Part shown: positions 36,663-47,187 of the stretch, piece by piece | Position numbering within the stretch: position 1 is the stretch's first letter | How the letters are laid out: the number at the start of each line of letters is the position of its first letter | Assembly (NCBI GenBank): GCA_017795085.1 | Contig: CP051246.1 | Span: 806,514 to 870,513 of the forward strand | Direction of reading: 5' to 3' | DNA from: Salegentibacter sp. | GTDB taxonomy: Bacteria > Bacteroidota > Bacteroidia > Flavobacteriales > Flavobacteriaceae | Length of the DNA: 64,000 nt | Made by a program: the position numbers and the translations under genes | The notes under the pieces: generated by a model | Database searches by the model: none | What the model was told of the DNA's origin: nothing | What the model saw: the letters and a program-made list of their open reading frames with translations, nothing else

Positions 36663-38945
36663 TTATGAGGTAGTCTCTTCTAGCAGCTTATCATATAAAA
36701 AATTCCCAAATTGTTTGATTAGTTCTGAATCAACGTACTCACATTCTAATAATACTCTTCTTAAGTCGTCCCTGTTTAATCTTAGCTTTTTTATTCCTAG
36801 TGCAAGTAAAAATTCAGGTAACGCTTCTCCTTCATCAGTATTCCAGTTTTTTATTAAACTTATTAGAAATGATGTCATCATCAAACTACTATCTGAATCA
36901 AGGTCATAGGAAAAATAGGAGAATTCTCCGGCTCTTAGTAAACTAGCTTGTATTATTCCATCATTAAAACGATTAAAATTTTCAACTGCTAATAAATTCT
37001 TTATATAATTTGAACTTTTTAGAGATCTTTCTGAATTTATAGGTTTATTGGAAAGGTCATGAAGTATAGAAGAAATAGTGAAATAAACTTGACTCTGATA
37101 TGCTATATCTTCCTTCACTTTAAAGTCCCAGTAAGCAAAACCTTTACGTAATTTTAAGGATGTACCATCACATTTTAAAAGGAAAACATTATTTGACAAA
37201 CCTTTTTCCTTCCGGTTCTCTCTGAGAATTTTTAATCTATTTGACACATACTCTTGTAATTCTGTATTCTGATCCTCATCAATTTCCCCGATCATATCTT
37301 CGAAAAAATTTTTCTCAAGATCCCAAGATGTGTTACCCCTAGAGGGGGTAGTAATAATTTTTTCAGTGAATACAACTGGAAATGTATTACCACCATCTTT
37401 GCCAAATCCTAAATTACTAACCGTAGTTTTGTGATAGTTTTCAGAGGTGGTTCTAATAAGACCTATAAAATAGACAATACTTAGTTTGTCAAATTTCCGT
37501 AAATGTCTACTCACGTGGAAATAGTTTTTTCCTGTAACCAAAGCCGAGCCAACAACTACAACACTACCAGAAGAATTACTTATTTTATCCAATTCATTAA
37601 TACTGATTTGCTCTGGAGGATCGGCAAATTTTATTTGGGATTTAATATAATTTGATAGATTTTTTGAACCATTATCATCCAGGTGAATAAAATATTTGGT
37701 ATTAGCTGGAATATAAGTGTTAATTTTCCTTTTTAATTTTTTTTGAAATTTTCCTGGTGCATTTCCTTCCTTAACTAATTCATATAATTTTTCAGTATCA
37801 AGAAATATTTCATAATTTTCATTAGGTGCGGTCTCGTTATAATATGTCCTAATTATATTATCCGTTTTATTTTGATGACTTTTTATGAAGTTGCTTAAAA
37901 ACTTGGGTGCATCAGTTTTTACTAGTTTCAGAAACTGAATTTTTGGCTGAATAGAGAGAAAAACATCACTTTGAAGTCTTATGGGTCTAGAATGATTTTT
38001 ACAGAGTTTACACTTACTAGAATTATCATAAGTTCTGAAAACTTCTAATCCCTTAGGAAATTTTCTTGAATAAGTCAGGTTACAAAGAACATTACTTTTA
38101 TAGTTTATGTATTTCGAAGTTTTACCCAGAAAGAATAAAACCAGAATCTGGTCTCTATCCGCAATTTCCTTGCTAGTTAATCGACTAATAATATTTCCCG
38201 ATGTAGAAGAGGATACTAAAATAAGGGAATCATTGGGGAATCGAGAGGTTTTATTTTCTAGACCTTCATAAGAGTTAAAACTAAAAACAGGTATAGAATC
38301 AAATCTATGGTTAAATCTCCTTTTTAATTCAAAAAGTGAAAATGCTAAAACGTTTATGGATGATGTATCACAATATATTGCCGATGAGTTTTTATTTAGA
38401 TAAGGTAATAATTGAAAAGACAAAAAGAAAATTTCACAACTATTTACAAGGATATTACCAGTTCTAATAAATTTTTCACTGTGTTTTTTAGATGGGAAAA
38501 CAAAATGATGGTCTGGTGTGGATTCAACTAATCCTCCATTACTTTCAAAAATTTTTAAGCTTCCATTCCTTTTTAAATTTTGTAAAAATTCTTTTTCTAT
38601 ATCCATAGAAATCTCATTTTTTACCGAATTTAAATTTCCCTTATCATCAAACTGATAAAGCCGAAAAAAATTGGAAAAGTAGTCTTTTGAGAACCCCGGT
38701 ACCCTTTTGAAAGTATCATATACTTCGCTTTCTAGAAATAAACCTCTAAAATTTTCATCACAATATTCGGGCAAAATCACGATTATTTCATCGGATAATG
38801 GATTTACCTGGAAATAATGATCAATTTCATTGATTAAACTCTCAACCTTTCCTGTTTTCTGCTGGTGTAAAAATAAAACAGTAAAAGACTTATTCCTTTT
38901 GAAATTCTTGAAGTCTGTATATTGGAATATAAAGGTGTCATTCAT
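36663..38945 (-). CDS. 760-aa protein with two degenerate phosphoribosyltransferase-like domains and a CxxC motif
   Basis: HFVFPSKKHSEKFIR, YCDTSSI, PRPP-loop-like LILVSSSTSG and VVVVGSALVTG, and CKLC. Confidence 0.6.
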   Translation of the reverse strand: MNDTFIFQYTDFKNFKRNKSFTVLFLHQQKTGKVESLINEIDHYFQVNPLSDEIIVILPEYCDENFRGLFLESEVYDTFKRVPGFSKDYFSNFFRLYQFDDKGNLNSVKNEISMDIEKEFLQNLKRNGSLKIFESNGGLVESTPDHHFVFPSKKHSEKFIRTGNILVNSCEIFFLSFQLLPYLNKNSSAIYCDTSSINVLAFSLFELKRRFNHRFDSIPVFSFNSYEGLENKTSRFPNDSLILVSSSTSGNIISRLTSKEIADRDQILVLFFLGKTSKYINYKSNVLCNLTYSRKFPKGLEVFRTYDNSSKCKLCKNHSRPIRLQSDVFLSIQPKIQFLKLVKTDAPKFLSNFIKSHQNKTDNIIRTYYNETAPNENYEIFLDTEKLYELVKEGNAPGKFQKKLKRKINTYIPANTKYFIHLDDNGSKNLSNYIKSQIKFADPPEQISINELDKISNSSGSVVVVGSALVTGKNYFHVSRHLRKFDKLSIVYFIGLIRTTSENYHKTTVSNLGFGKDGGNTFPVVFTEKIITTPSRGNTSWDLEKNFFEDMIGEIDEDQNTELQEYVSNRLKILRENRKEKGLSNNVFLLKCDGTSLKLRKGFAYWDFKVKEDIAYQSQVYFTISSILHDLSNKPINSERSLKSSNYIKNLLAVENFNRFNDGIIQASLLRAGEFSYFSYDLDSDSSLMMTSFLISLIKNWNTDEGEALPEFLLALGIKKLRLNRDDLRRVLLECEYVDSELIKQFGNFLYDKLLEETTS

Positions 38946-40122
38946 TACCTAATGGATATATTAATGAAATTAACGAGCCTGAACATTCGGGATGTTCTGA
39001 AAATGTATTATCTGAGTTATTCCAATCTGTTAGTTTAATACCTACTGAATTTTCGGACCTGACGTAAGGTTTATTTCGCATATCACGAATGACATCTACT
39101 CTTCCACTTTTAATTCTTAAAAATCCCTTACCACTAATAGTTTTTAAAACACGATCTAAACCCAAGCCTTTTCTTTCCTTCCTAATGCCAACGCTAGATG
39201 TATTGTGTTTATATAAACATTCCTTTATAAGCTCTACTTCGCGATTAATACTAATTGAATTTAAATCTGTAATATTTCCATATCTTCTTGCCAAACCAGG
39301 ACCACTATCTAGAATCGAAATTTCTAGAAAGTAAACTTCGCTATTCTCGTTCAATGGTAAATTTGAATTGAGATATTTATAAAGTGTATTAGAATCCTTA
39401 TACTGATTCAGATAGGAGTTTAATTTTCTCTTTTGAAAACGAAAATATGCAGCTCTAATATTTGGATAAAGATTTTGAAAGTCTATATCTGTTCTTGCAT
39501 GCTCATCGGTATTAAAAAATAATTCATGAGTGATTTTAGAAAAATCATCAATTTTATTTTTAATTGAATTTTGAAAAACTCCCTTATTAAAACTTCCTAC
39601 TTTTTTAAAAACAGGGTATAGATTAAAGTCCAGTTCCTCTTCGGAAACCAGAGATTTATCAGAATTATAAAAAAAACGGGAATAGCCTCTTTTGCTTAAG
39701 TCATGGTCAAAGCAATAAATTGGAACTGAATCGTTTTGTTTTAGCTTTAAATACTCCATTCTAGAAAAATAATCCTTACTTAATCCCTTTAATAAAGACT
39801 TTATATTTTTACCTTCTGTATTAAAGATTTTTTTTTCCCAAGAAAGTACAACAATAGGATAAACAAACTCTTGATCTAGATATTCTTCTAAGTTTTTAAA
39901 CTCTGTAATAGGTAGGTATAAATTTCCAGAATTTGGTTGTCTTACCCAGGTAGCAATGAATTGCAGAAAGCTTGGAAATACGCTAAAATCTTTATGAGTG
40001 ATTTTCGTTGGGAGAACTAAATCCAATAAATTTTCATTAGAAAATTTTTCTAGCTTTTGATATAATTCATTCAAATAAGCTAAAGTTATATTTTGCTTGA
40101 TTTTAAGCTGTTTATTATTCAA
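38938..40122 (-). CDS. GHKL (histidine-kinase-like) ATPase with no sensor or TM domain. TTG start
   Basis: N-box HELFFNTDEHA, G1 ISILDSGPGL, G2 RKGLGL and G3 GSLISL. Overlaps the 760-aa gene. Confidence 0.75.
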   Translation of the reverse strand: MNNKQLKIKQNITLAYLNELYQKLEKFSNENLLDLVLPTKITHKDFSVFPSFLQFIATWVRQPNSGNLYLPITEFKNLEEYLDQEFVYPIVVLSWEKKIFNTEGKNIKSLLKGLSKDYFSRMEYLKLKQNDSVPIYCFDHDLSKRGYSRFFYNSDKSLVSEEELDFNLYPVFKKVGSFNKGVFQNSIKNKIDDFSKITHELFFNTDEHARTDIDFQNLYPNIRAAYFRFQKRKLNSYLNQYKDSNTLYKYLNSNLPLNENSEVYFLEISILDSGPGLARRYGNITDLNSISINREVELIKECLYKHNTSSVGIRKERKGLGLDRVLKTISGKGFLRIKSGRVDVIRDMRNKPYVRSENSVGIKLTDWNNSDNTFSEHPECSGSLISLIYPLGNE

Positions 40123-40380
40123 ACTATTCGTTTATAAATTGGAACATCTATACTATTAAATTTGGAGGAAGTTAGGAATTACTTTTTATAGGCCAAATAA
40201 ATTGAATAAGGATTTTTTAGGACTTCGATAATTGTTTTTTCTTTAAACTACCGGTGAACTAATCGGTGAACTCACCAAATATGAATTTTTAGTAGATAAG
40301 TTTTAAATGTTAAAATTAGGGCTTGTACCTAGTTTACACCTCAAACTCCCAAACCCCCAGTGTTTTAAGTAAAAGAAAAC

Positions 40381-40399
40381 TTCTGTATTGGTAAATAAA
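40381..40399 (+). repeat. attR core (duplicate of the mnmE 3' end)
   Basis: Identical to 4969-4987 and preceded by TTACACCT at 40334. Confidence 0.9.
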
Positions 40400-41128
40400 G
40401 ATTTCGTTTTAGGATTTAAAAAATATCTGAATAGTAGAGCTAAAACAAAGTCTAATACCCTGTTATCCCAAAACTCTAAATACACCTATTACAATAAGTT
40501 TAGAGCTGCTTTACGTCAGGCATTTGATGATGGATATACCAGGCGAAATTTTGCTATAACGGTCAAAGGATTTGCTCAGGGGGAAACAACACGGGAATTC
40601 CTTACGCAGGAGGAATTACAAGCTATGGCAACAGCCTACTGCAAGCACCAGGTTCTTAAAAATGCATGTATGTTTAGTTGTTTAACCGGGCTTAGGTGGA
40701 GTGATATAAACAAGCTGACCTGGCTTGAAGTTAGGGATGAGGAGGAAGGATCCCGCTTAATTTTTAAGCAAAAGAAAACCTCGGGACAGGAATATCAATA
40801 TATTTCTAATCAGGCAAGACAGCTTTTAGGAAAAAGAAAAAGAGACAATGCCCGGGTATTTCAAGGATTGAAATATGGAGCCCATTTTAATTCAGAAATA
40901 CTGAGATGGTGTATGCGTGCCGGCATAACTAAACATATAACCTTCCATAGTGCAAGACATACCCACGCAGTGCTACTATTGGAATATGGTGCTGATATCT
41001 ATACTGTTTCAAAAGTTTTGGGACATAAAGAAATAAGAACCACCCAGGTTTATGCAAAGATTGTAGATAAGAAAAAGAAGGAAGCAGCCAACCTAATTCC
41101 TGAACTTGAAATGGATTATGAGTTTTGA
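40400..41128 (+). pseudogene. 5'-truncated second integrase copy (lacks the first 138 codons), fused directly to attR
   Basis: From 40400 the DNA matches integrase copy 1 from 5623 onward. Catalytic motifs are intact. Confidence 0.9.
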
Positions 41129-41861
41129 TTTGTTTACATACTTAACCACTATTGGTTTCTTATATATTTATGGAAGACTCATTTTACATTACGGTGAGAT
41201 TCTATGGGTATATCTGTTAGAAGACAAGGTATTATGGAAGTCTCATTCTGAAAAACCAAAAATCCTTTTCCTGATTGTCGGATTGGGATTTATGCACCTT
41301 ATGTCTTTTTCAGGTTCCAAAATTCTCCCTGAAGATTATTTAGTTCAAATAATTGTACTTCTTGCCTATGTTGTTGGATTTTATTTCGCATTTGTAACCT
41401 GGACAGACCAGTTCAGTAATAGTATGCAAGTAGAAGAAGCTTTACCTGTACCTGAAAATGCACCTGAAAAAACAGCGTTGAAAAAAGCCGACAATTTTGA
41501 ACTTAAAATTTCCGAAGATCAACTGCAAAAGCTAATGAAATATGATCTTTTGTACCTTGATAAAACCAGTCTTCAGGATTTCGAAAATGCGCTTACAAAA
41601 AATTGGAATACTCACGACTCAAAAATTCATTTTAACATGGATGGTCCGAACTCTCGTGAATTTTATGAGTTTTTGTCTACAACCTTTCCTAACGAGATGA
41701 CCATTAAAGATTTGTTTATTAATTCCGGTGTAGTCTTACGAGCGGATGGGAAAAAATAAAAATACAATACTTTGAAAAATGCACCGATCCGGACCCTTGT
41801 TTCAAAGCAAAATGAAGCGCTGGAAAACATTTTCAGCCAGTTAACCAAAAAGGTCCACTAA
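41106..41861 (+). pseudogene. ORF2 homologue with a premature stop (TAC to TAA at 41757-41759)
   Basis: The frame continues KYNTLKNA...LTKKVH to a stop at 41861, matching 6329-7084. Confidence 0.8.
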
Positions 41862-41917
41862 TTAAGCGAAATTATTTATTTCAAAATAGGCAGAAATTTG
41901 TTAGCGCTGCTTTCTGA

Positions 41918-42217
41918 TCAAATTTTAATTTTATCGGGATCTTGCCTGTTGGAAAAAAGGGATAATATTTCTATAGATTTTTTATTTACCCGATAGTATA
42001 AACTGTTAAATTTTGCAACTACAGCTCTTCTAACATTTTTCTTTTTGGAAACTTGAAATAGCTCTGGATTTTTTGAAATTAATTCTATGGTATGATCCAA
42101 TTCTCGAGAAAAATTTTCTAATTCTCTTTTAGACCAATTTTCCTCCAAATATTGTATTGTATTTTTTAATTCGGAAAGGGCGTGTTCAGTCCACAGGATT
42201 TTATAACCATTTCTCAT
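41918..42217 (-). CDS. RelE/ParE-family toxin
   Basis: YKILWTEHALSEL...ISKNPELF...LYYRV...IEILSLFSNRQDP. Confidence 0.85.
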   Translation of the reverse strand: MRNGYKILWTEHALSELKNTIQYLEENWSKRELENFSRELDHTIELISKNPELFQVSKKKNVRRAVVAKFNSLYYRVNKKSIEILSLFSNRQDPDKIKI

Positions 42218-42434
42218 ATAATTTCTGTGCTTCGGAATGAGATTTTAATTTTCCGGCTTCAGCATCTTGAATCCCTCTTTCGATAGATTTTTTTTCTTCC
42301 TTTGAGATTGCTTTCCACCAGTCAGCTTTCTCATTATCTCGCAATTTCATTATTTTTTCAATAATGGACTCGTCATTCAGCGTTGATAGCCACTGAATTA
42401 ATTCGATTTTCTTATTTTGAATATTTATATCCAT
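42201..42434 (-). CDS. Cognate antitoxin (addiction-module component)
   Basis: 77 aa, KIELIQWL...WWKAISKEEKKSIERGIQD. Overlaps the toxin. Confidence 0.8.
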   Translation of the reverse strand: MDINIQNKKIELIQWLSTLNDESIIEKIMKLRDNEKADWWKAISKEEKKSIERGIQDAEAGKLKSHSEAQKLYEKWL

Positions 42435-42639
42435 AACTCAAATTTACGATTTTGAATTTAATTTTGTCCATTATGTGTTATTTTTAACTACTGCCCCCTC
42501 ACGTTCCAACATGTTAGCAAGCGAGCATAACGTTTCGATTAGCCACTGATTCGAGCATCTTTGTTTTTATAATGTTGTGAGGCGTTTTCTTTTGCGGTTG
42601 ATTTCTGCGCTTTTAGGCTTCTTTAATGAAATTGTTCAT

Positions 42640-45282
42640 TTAAAGCGTAAATTTTAAAGTTGCCAGGACTTGTGAGGGACGCAAGCGATAACTACTTTGC
42701 ACGTAATAATACTCGTTATTGTAAGCATTAATTAACTCATCGGTATTCAGGATATTCCGCCAGCTAATGTTTAGATCCATTTTTGGTTTTTCAAAAGTAA
42801 ACTGATAGCTAAGGTTCACAAAATAATTGTCGCCATTATCAGATAACGAATTTCCGTAATATTCGCTGCTCACACTTAGATATTGATTTTCCTTAGGATA
42901 AAAATAAAGATCAAGTGTATGTTGATGGGTTTCTATTTGTTGAAAATCACTATCTCCTAAACCCGAAGTATAAGTTGAAAAATTTCCTGAATAACTCGCA
43001 ATTAGCCAACTCGAAATATCGGTTTTCACACTTCCTCGTAGATTAAAACTTTGCGTATTCACCTCAACTAGCGTATTATTTAAAAGCTGTTGTCGATGCG
43101 ATAAATTATATGAAGCATTCAGTTTAAGTGTTGTTTGTTGTTTCCTAAAATATTTACTCCCGCCGGCGCTAATGCTATGATTATCGAAACTATTATCGCG
43201 AGCCATGGCTTCTAAAATTGTCGTTCCGTTTTCGCCAATATTAGAACTGTATAACAAGTTATTTTCAGAATAGCTATAGGAATAAGAGGCATTAAAAAAC
43301 AATTGCTTTAACGGATTTCTATAGCTCAGGCCACCACTATAATCTTGCCGTGTTTCTTCGGAAATTGGTGCATTGTACCGATTTAAATTTCGATAATTAT
43401 TCAGCAAAAAACCATAATATAATTGTTGAAGTTCACCAAACTCATAACTTAATCCTGCTGAAGCATTCGCATCCCAAAAGGCTGAAAGTTTTTTATTCAG
43501 AGAAAATCTGGGCTCAAAAACCAATCGATCTAAACCTCTTTTTTCTTCAAAATTCTGATCTTCGAGCTGAAAACTTTTAAATTCAAGCGGCGTACTTAAA
43601 TTTAAATTCCAGGTTTCATCCTTACTTTCAAACTTGAAAGCGTTTTTAAAATAAACCGAAGATTGTACAAATTCTGTTCTGTTTTTAAAATTGGCATCTA
43701 AAACCTCTTCTCCTTCCTGAAAAATATCGGTATCTAATTGCTGATTCTGGATCGAAAATCCAAACTTTGGTGATATAGTAAATTTGCCAAGTGCTTTGGT
43801 GAAGCCAGCCGAATTATCGGTATATATTTTCCTTGAGGAAACCAGTTGCTGAATTTCCCCATAAGAATCGCCATCATTAAAAATAGCTTCAAATTGTCCT
43901 GGTTGTACCAGTAGATCTTGATTATTTTTGGTAAAGCCTGTATTCGAATTAAAAGTAATTAGTTGTTTTCCTAAAGTTCTAAGAAAGCGTAGATCGTTTT
44001 CAATTCCGAAGAAAGGATCATCCAGCTGCTGCCTTATTTTTGTATCGGGACGATCGATCAAACCGCGATTGGCATTCCAAAATCCATTAAATTCTAATTG
44101 ATTTTTCAGGTAATTTTTATCGGCATTGTTCTCTAAGGTGAGTTGTCCCTCTAACTTGCTTAAAAAAATATCATTATTGGTGTTTTCGATCACATCAATC
44201 GTATCTGTAGGTGTAAAATATCGAGTTTGGGTACTCCCATCCTGCTGTTGGTAATCATTAAGATAGGAAATATTCAGTTTTAGATCGACATCTTCCTTAA
44301 TGTGCTGTAAAATGTTTGCTGAACCTAAATGCACGTTATTATCCAGCCAACGCTCCGAAGAAAATGGAGGCTCTGATACATTTTGGATTGAGAGCCAATC
44401 CCTTTTTTCGATATCAAAGTTATCCCCGGCATATTTAACCGAAAAATCACGAATTTCGCCCGAGACGTCGCTCCCAGCATTATTACTTTGATAGGTAAAG
44501 ATCGCCTGTTGTTTTTCAGTGAAAATCATGGGGGTTACCTTGGTTTGCCAAAGCAAAGGCGCTGCACCAATCCCTGCGGTGGCTGTTCCGCTATACGTAA
44601 TATCTTTTTTAAGCTTGATATTTATCGAAGCACGATCTGAAAACTCTAAACTATCCAAAACTTTTACCGGCTGATGATTTTCCAGGATCTCGACTTTAGA
44701 AACCGCCTCGGCAGAAAGGTTATTATTCGCCAGATTATAACGCCCTTCTAACAAATCTAAACCTTCGATATAATATTTTTGGATAGGTTCGTCTTTATAA
44801 TAGATTTGTCCATTTGGTCGAATATCGATTCCCGGTAATTTCTTTAAAATATCAGCAATCACCCGGTCGTTTTTACCTTTAAAGGCTGCTACTGAAAAAC
44901 TAAGCGTATCGCCATGTTGCCGCAAAATTTCAGATTTCACGAGCACCTCTTTTAAAGATTCTGAAGAGGTCGAAAGCTTAACTTCCAGGGGCTGTGCTTT
45001 ATTCTGAATCGTTTTTTTAAACGTACCAAAACCTATGTATGAAACTTTTAAAAACAGGGAATCACTATCATTTTTTACAGCTATTTTGAATTTTCCGTCG
45101 GTATCTGAAATACCATAAGCTAAGATAGAAGAAACCGAATCTTTACTGATCATTACCGTGGCTCCAATAAGTTTTTCATATTGATCATCAAAGACCTGCC
45201 CTGAAATTTCATTTTGAGAATAACTCGTAAAAACAACGAATATCGATATCAGGATAAGGAAAATCTGTTTAAAATAATCCAA
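42640..45282 (-). CDS. Outer-membrane beta-barrel protein with an N-terminal carboxypeptidase-regulatory-like domain (TonB-receptor-like)
   Basis: Signal peptide, ISGQV...GATV...SYIGF, ADILKKLPGI and terminal aromatic FTL. Confidence 0.8.
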   Translation of the reverse strand: MDYFKQIFLILISIFVVFTSYSQNEISGQVFDDQYEKLIGATVMISKDSVSSILAYGISDTDGKFKIAVKNDSDSLFLKVSYIGFGTFKKTIQNKAQPLEVKLSTSSESLKEVLVKSEILRQHGDTLSFSVAAFKGKNDRVIADILKKLPGIDIRPNGQIYYKDEPIQKYYIEGLDLLEGRYNLANNNLSAEAVSKVEILENHQPVKVLDSLEFSDRASINIKLKKDITYSGTATAGIGAAPLLWQTKVTPMIFTEKQQAIFTYQSNNAGSDVSGEIRDFSVKYAGDNFDIEKRDWLSIQNVSEPPFSSERWLDNNVHLGSANILQHIKEDVDLKLNISYLNDYQQQDGSTQTRYFTPTDTIDVIENTNNDIFLSKLEGQLTLENNADKNYLKNQLEFNGFWNANRGLIDRPDTKIRQQLDDPFFGIENDLRFLRTLGKQLITFNSNTGFTKNNQDLLVQPGQFEAIFNDGDSYGEIQQLVSSRKIYTDNSAGFTKALGKFTISPKFGFSIQNQQLDTDIFQEGEEVLDANFKNRTEFVQSSVYFKNAFKFESKDETWNLNLSTPLEFKSFQLEDQNFEEKRGLDRLVFEPRFSLNKKLSAFWDANASAGLSYEFGELQQLYYGFLLNNYRNLNRYNAPISEETRQDYSGGLSYRNPLKQLFFNASYSYSYSENNLLYSSNIGENGTTILEAMARDNSFDNHSISAGGSKYFRKQQTTLKLNASYNLSHRQQLLNNTLVEVNTQSFNLRGSVKTDISSWLIASYSGNFSTYTSGLGDSDFQQIETHQHTLDLYFYPKENQYLSVSSEYYGNSLSDNGDNYFVNLSYQFTFEKPKMDLNISWRNILNTDELINAYNNEYYYVQSSYRLRPSQVLATLKFTL

Positions 45283-45305
45283 TTATTCAATTTTTTGATT
45301 GATGA

Positions 45306-46091
45306 TTATTCGTTAAGATGAAGTTCAATAGGATTATTTCGCCTTTTATATTTTTCGCTTAGTTCTTTCCTTGTTTTAGCTTCATCCTCTTTATTTCTAA
45401 AACCGAATTTAACTCCTGCATTTTTCAATGCGCCAAGTGGGTCACGGTTATTATCATCTCTAAATTGGTCGAGTTCTTCTTGAGAAACCACTTTATAATT
45501 ATCCAAATTCAATATTTTAGTCACCGGTTTTTCTAACTCCTGAAATCCGGTAAGGGTAAAATGATAATCATCTTTAAGATCTGAAATCTCTAAAATAAGT
45601 CCCGGCAAACCACTAAATTTATATGGCCCATCCAAAAATGGTAATTCAGAAGCAAACCAGGCTACATAATTTCTACCGGCAAAAGAGCCTGTCGCCTTTT
45701 GAACGCTAAAGCCTAAAATTTCTTTATTCTCAGGCTTAATTTCCCAATCGATCGTTTTTAGCTTTTGTGTATATTTATATTTATACCTACCTGCCGTAAT
45801 ATCTTCCGCTAAAGTAAGTTCGTTATCCTGGTAATTTTTGTAGATCTTGTAGTTAAAATCGGTTTCCGGAGCTTCGAAAGCTCCTAAAGAATCATTAACC
45901 GCTTTACCTAAGCTGGAATATCGCGATTGACCTTCCCCTAAGTAAAGTAAAACGGTTTCAGATTGTATAGAATTTTCATCGGTAGAATCTTCCTGATATT
46001 CTAAACGGTAAGTAGCTTTATAAGAATAGGATTTTTGTGCCTGCAAATGTCCCAAACTCATTAAAAGTGCAAGGATTATAATTTTTCTCAT
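45306..46091 (-). CDS. GLPGLI-family protein
   Basis: GPYKFSGLPGLILEISD, KATGSFAGRNYVAWF and a signal peptide. Confidence 0.92.
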   Translation of the reverse strand: MRKIIILALLMSLGHLQAQKSYSYKATYRLEYQEDSTDENSIQSETVLLYLGEGQSRYSSLGKAVNDSLGAFEAPETDFNYKIYKNYQDNELTLAEDITAGRYKYKYTQKLKTIDWEIKPENKEILGFSVQKATGSFAGRNYVAWFASELPFLDGPYKFSGLPGLILEISDLKDDYHFTLTGFQELEKPVTKILNLDNYKVVSQEELDQFRDDNNRDPLGALKNAGVKFGFRNKEDEAKTRKELSEKYKRRNNPIELHLNE

Positions 46092-46885
46092 TTTTGTAGT
46101 TTTATAGTCTTATTGTTTGGTCAATTCTGCTCAAGTTCGCTATTCATAAAAAATAATGATCTTCCCATCGATAACAAATTATAAAATGAATAGCAGTGTG
46201 AAAAGGCTAGTATTAATTTCAGACACATTAATTTTCCTGTTTTTTCAATTTTCACAAACTTCGGCGGAAAAATCCAATTTTCGATCCCTCCTCTGCCTTA
46301 GATGCTTCACAACAGGCATATAAATTTACCAGTACATTTACATCTATCATTTCACTAATCTAGCGGATTTCTAATTGCTAAAAAAATATTTGAAACACCA
46401 TGAGTGTAAACTTCAGTGGTTTTGGTGCCCTTATGGCCTAATAACACCTGTGTATTTCTTAAATCAGAGCCGCATTTTAATAATTTAATTGCTTAGCAAT
46501 GCAGGGATCTAGTATAGGCGAACTTATTCGTTTTTTTTTGATGGCCTCCGCTTTTTAAAATTTAGTTTTATTACCATCCTTTTTTCCGTTATGAGAAAAA
46601 ACCTTCATAAATCTACCGGTTATAATAAATTTATTGAAATTCCTTATCTAAATAGCCATTAATTACCTGATTTTTTTTAAACCATAATTAGAATTATTAA
46701 CACCTATTACCAAGGAATGGATAATTTTACAAAAAGTCCTTTCAAAATCCTCGAAGTGATACCTATAATCAAATTTTACATACCTGGTATGTAAGGCACA
46801 CCCTTCCTACTATTTCCCTTTTTAGTTTAGCTAGAGAATTCAACTAACAAAAGCGCTTTTGTTCATTATCTAACTTAAAACTTCT

Positions 46886-47176
46886 ATGATGAATAATTTA
46901 AAGATTTTAGAGCAACTGGACCGTATTGAAAAAATAGTTCGTGCTCACAAGACGGTATTTACTTTTGACGAGGCTTGTGATTATACTGGTATTTCCAGAA
47001 GTTATATGTATAAGCTTACAGCCAGGGGTAAAATTCCTTTTTCCAAACCCAAAGGCAAATTAATCTTCTTCTCAAGGGAAAAATTGGATAGGTGGCTGCT
47101 GGATAATAGTCATTCTTCTAAAGATGAGATTAGGCAGCAGGCAGTAGATTATGCTTTTCGTAAAAAAAGGTTTTAA
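46886..47176 (+). CDS. Excisionase-like HTH protein, element B copy
   Basis: Close homologue of 11086-11373. Confidence 0.88.
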   Translation: MMNNLKILEQLDRIEKIVRAHKTVFTFDEACDYTGISRSYMYKLTARGKIPFSKPKGKLIFFSREKLDRWLLDNSHSSKDEIRQQAVDYAFRKKRF

Positions 47177-47187
47177 GCACATCGGTT

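Larger units (their letters stand above)
4969..40399 (+). mobile_element. Integrative mobilizable element A (about 35.4 kb) inserted at the mnmE 3' end
   Basis: Bounded by 19-bp direct repeats. The integrase sits next to attL, xis/VapE/primase/MobC/relaxase genes are present, and there are no T4SS or phage structural genes. Confidence 0.88.

Noticed and set aside
40252-40272. CGGTGAACT direct repeat near attR
   Set aside because: Only two 9-bp copies with no counterpart seen near attL, so no function can be supported.
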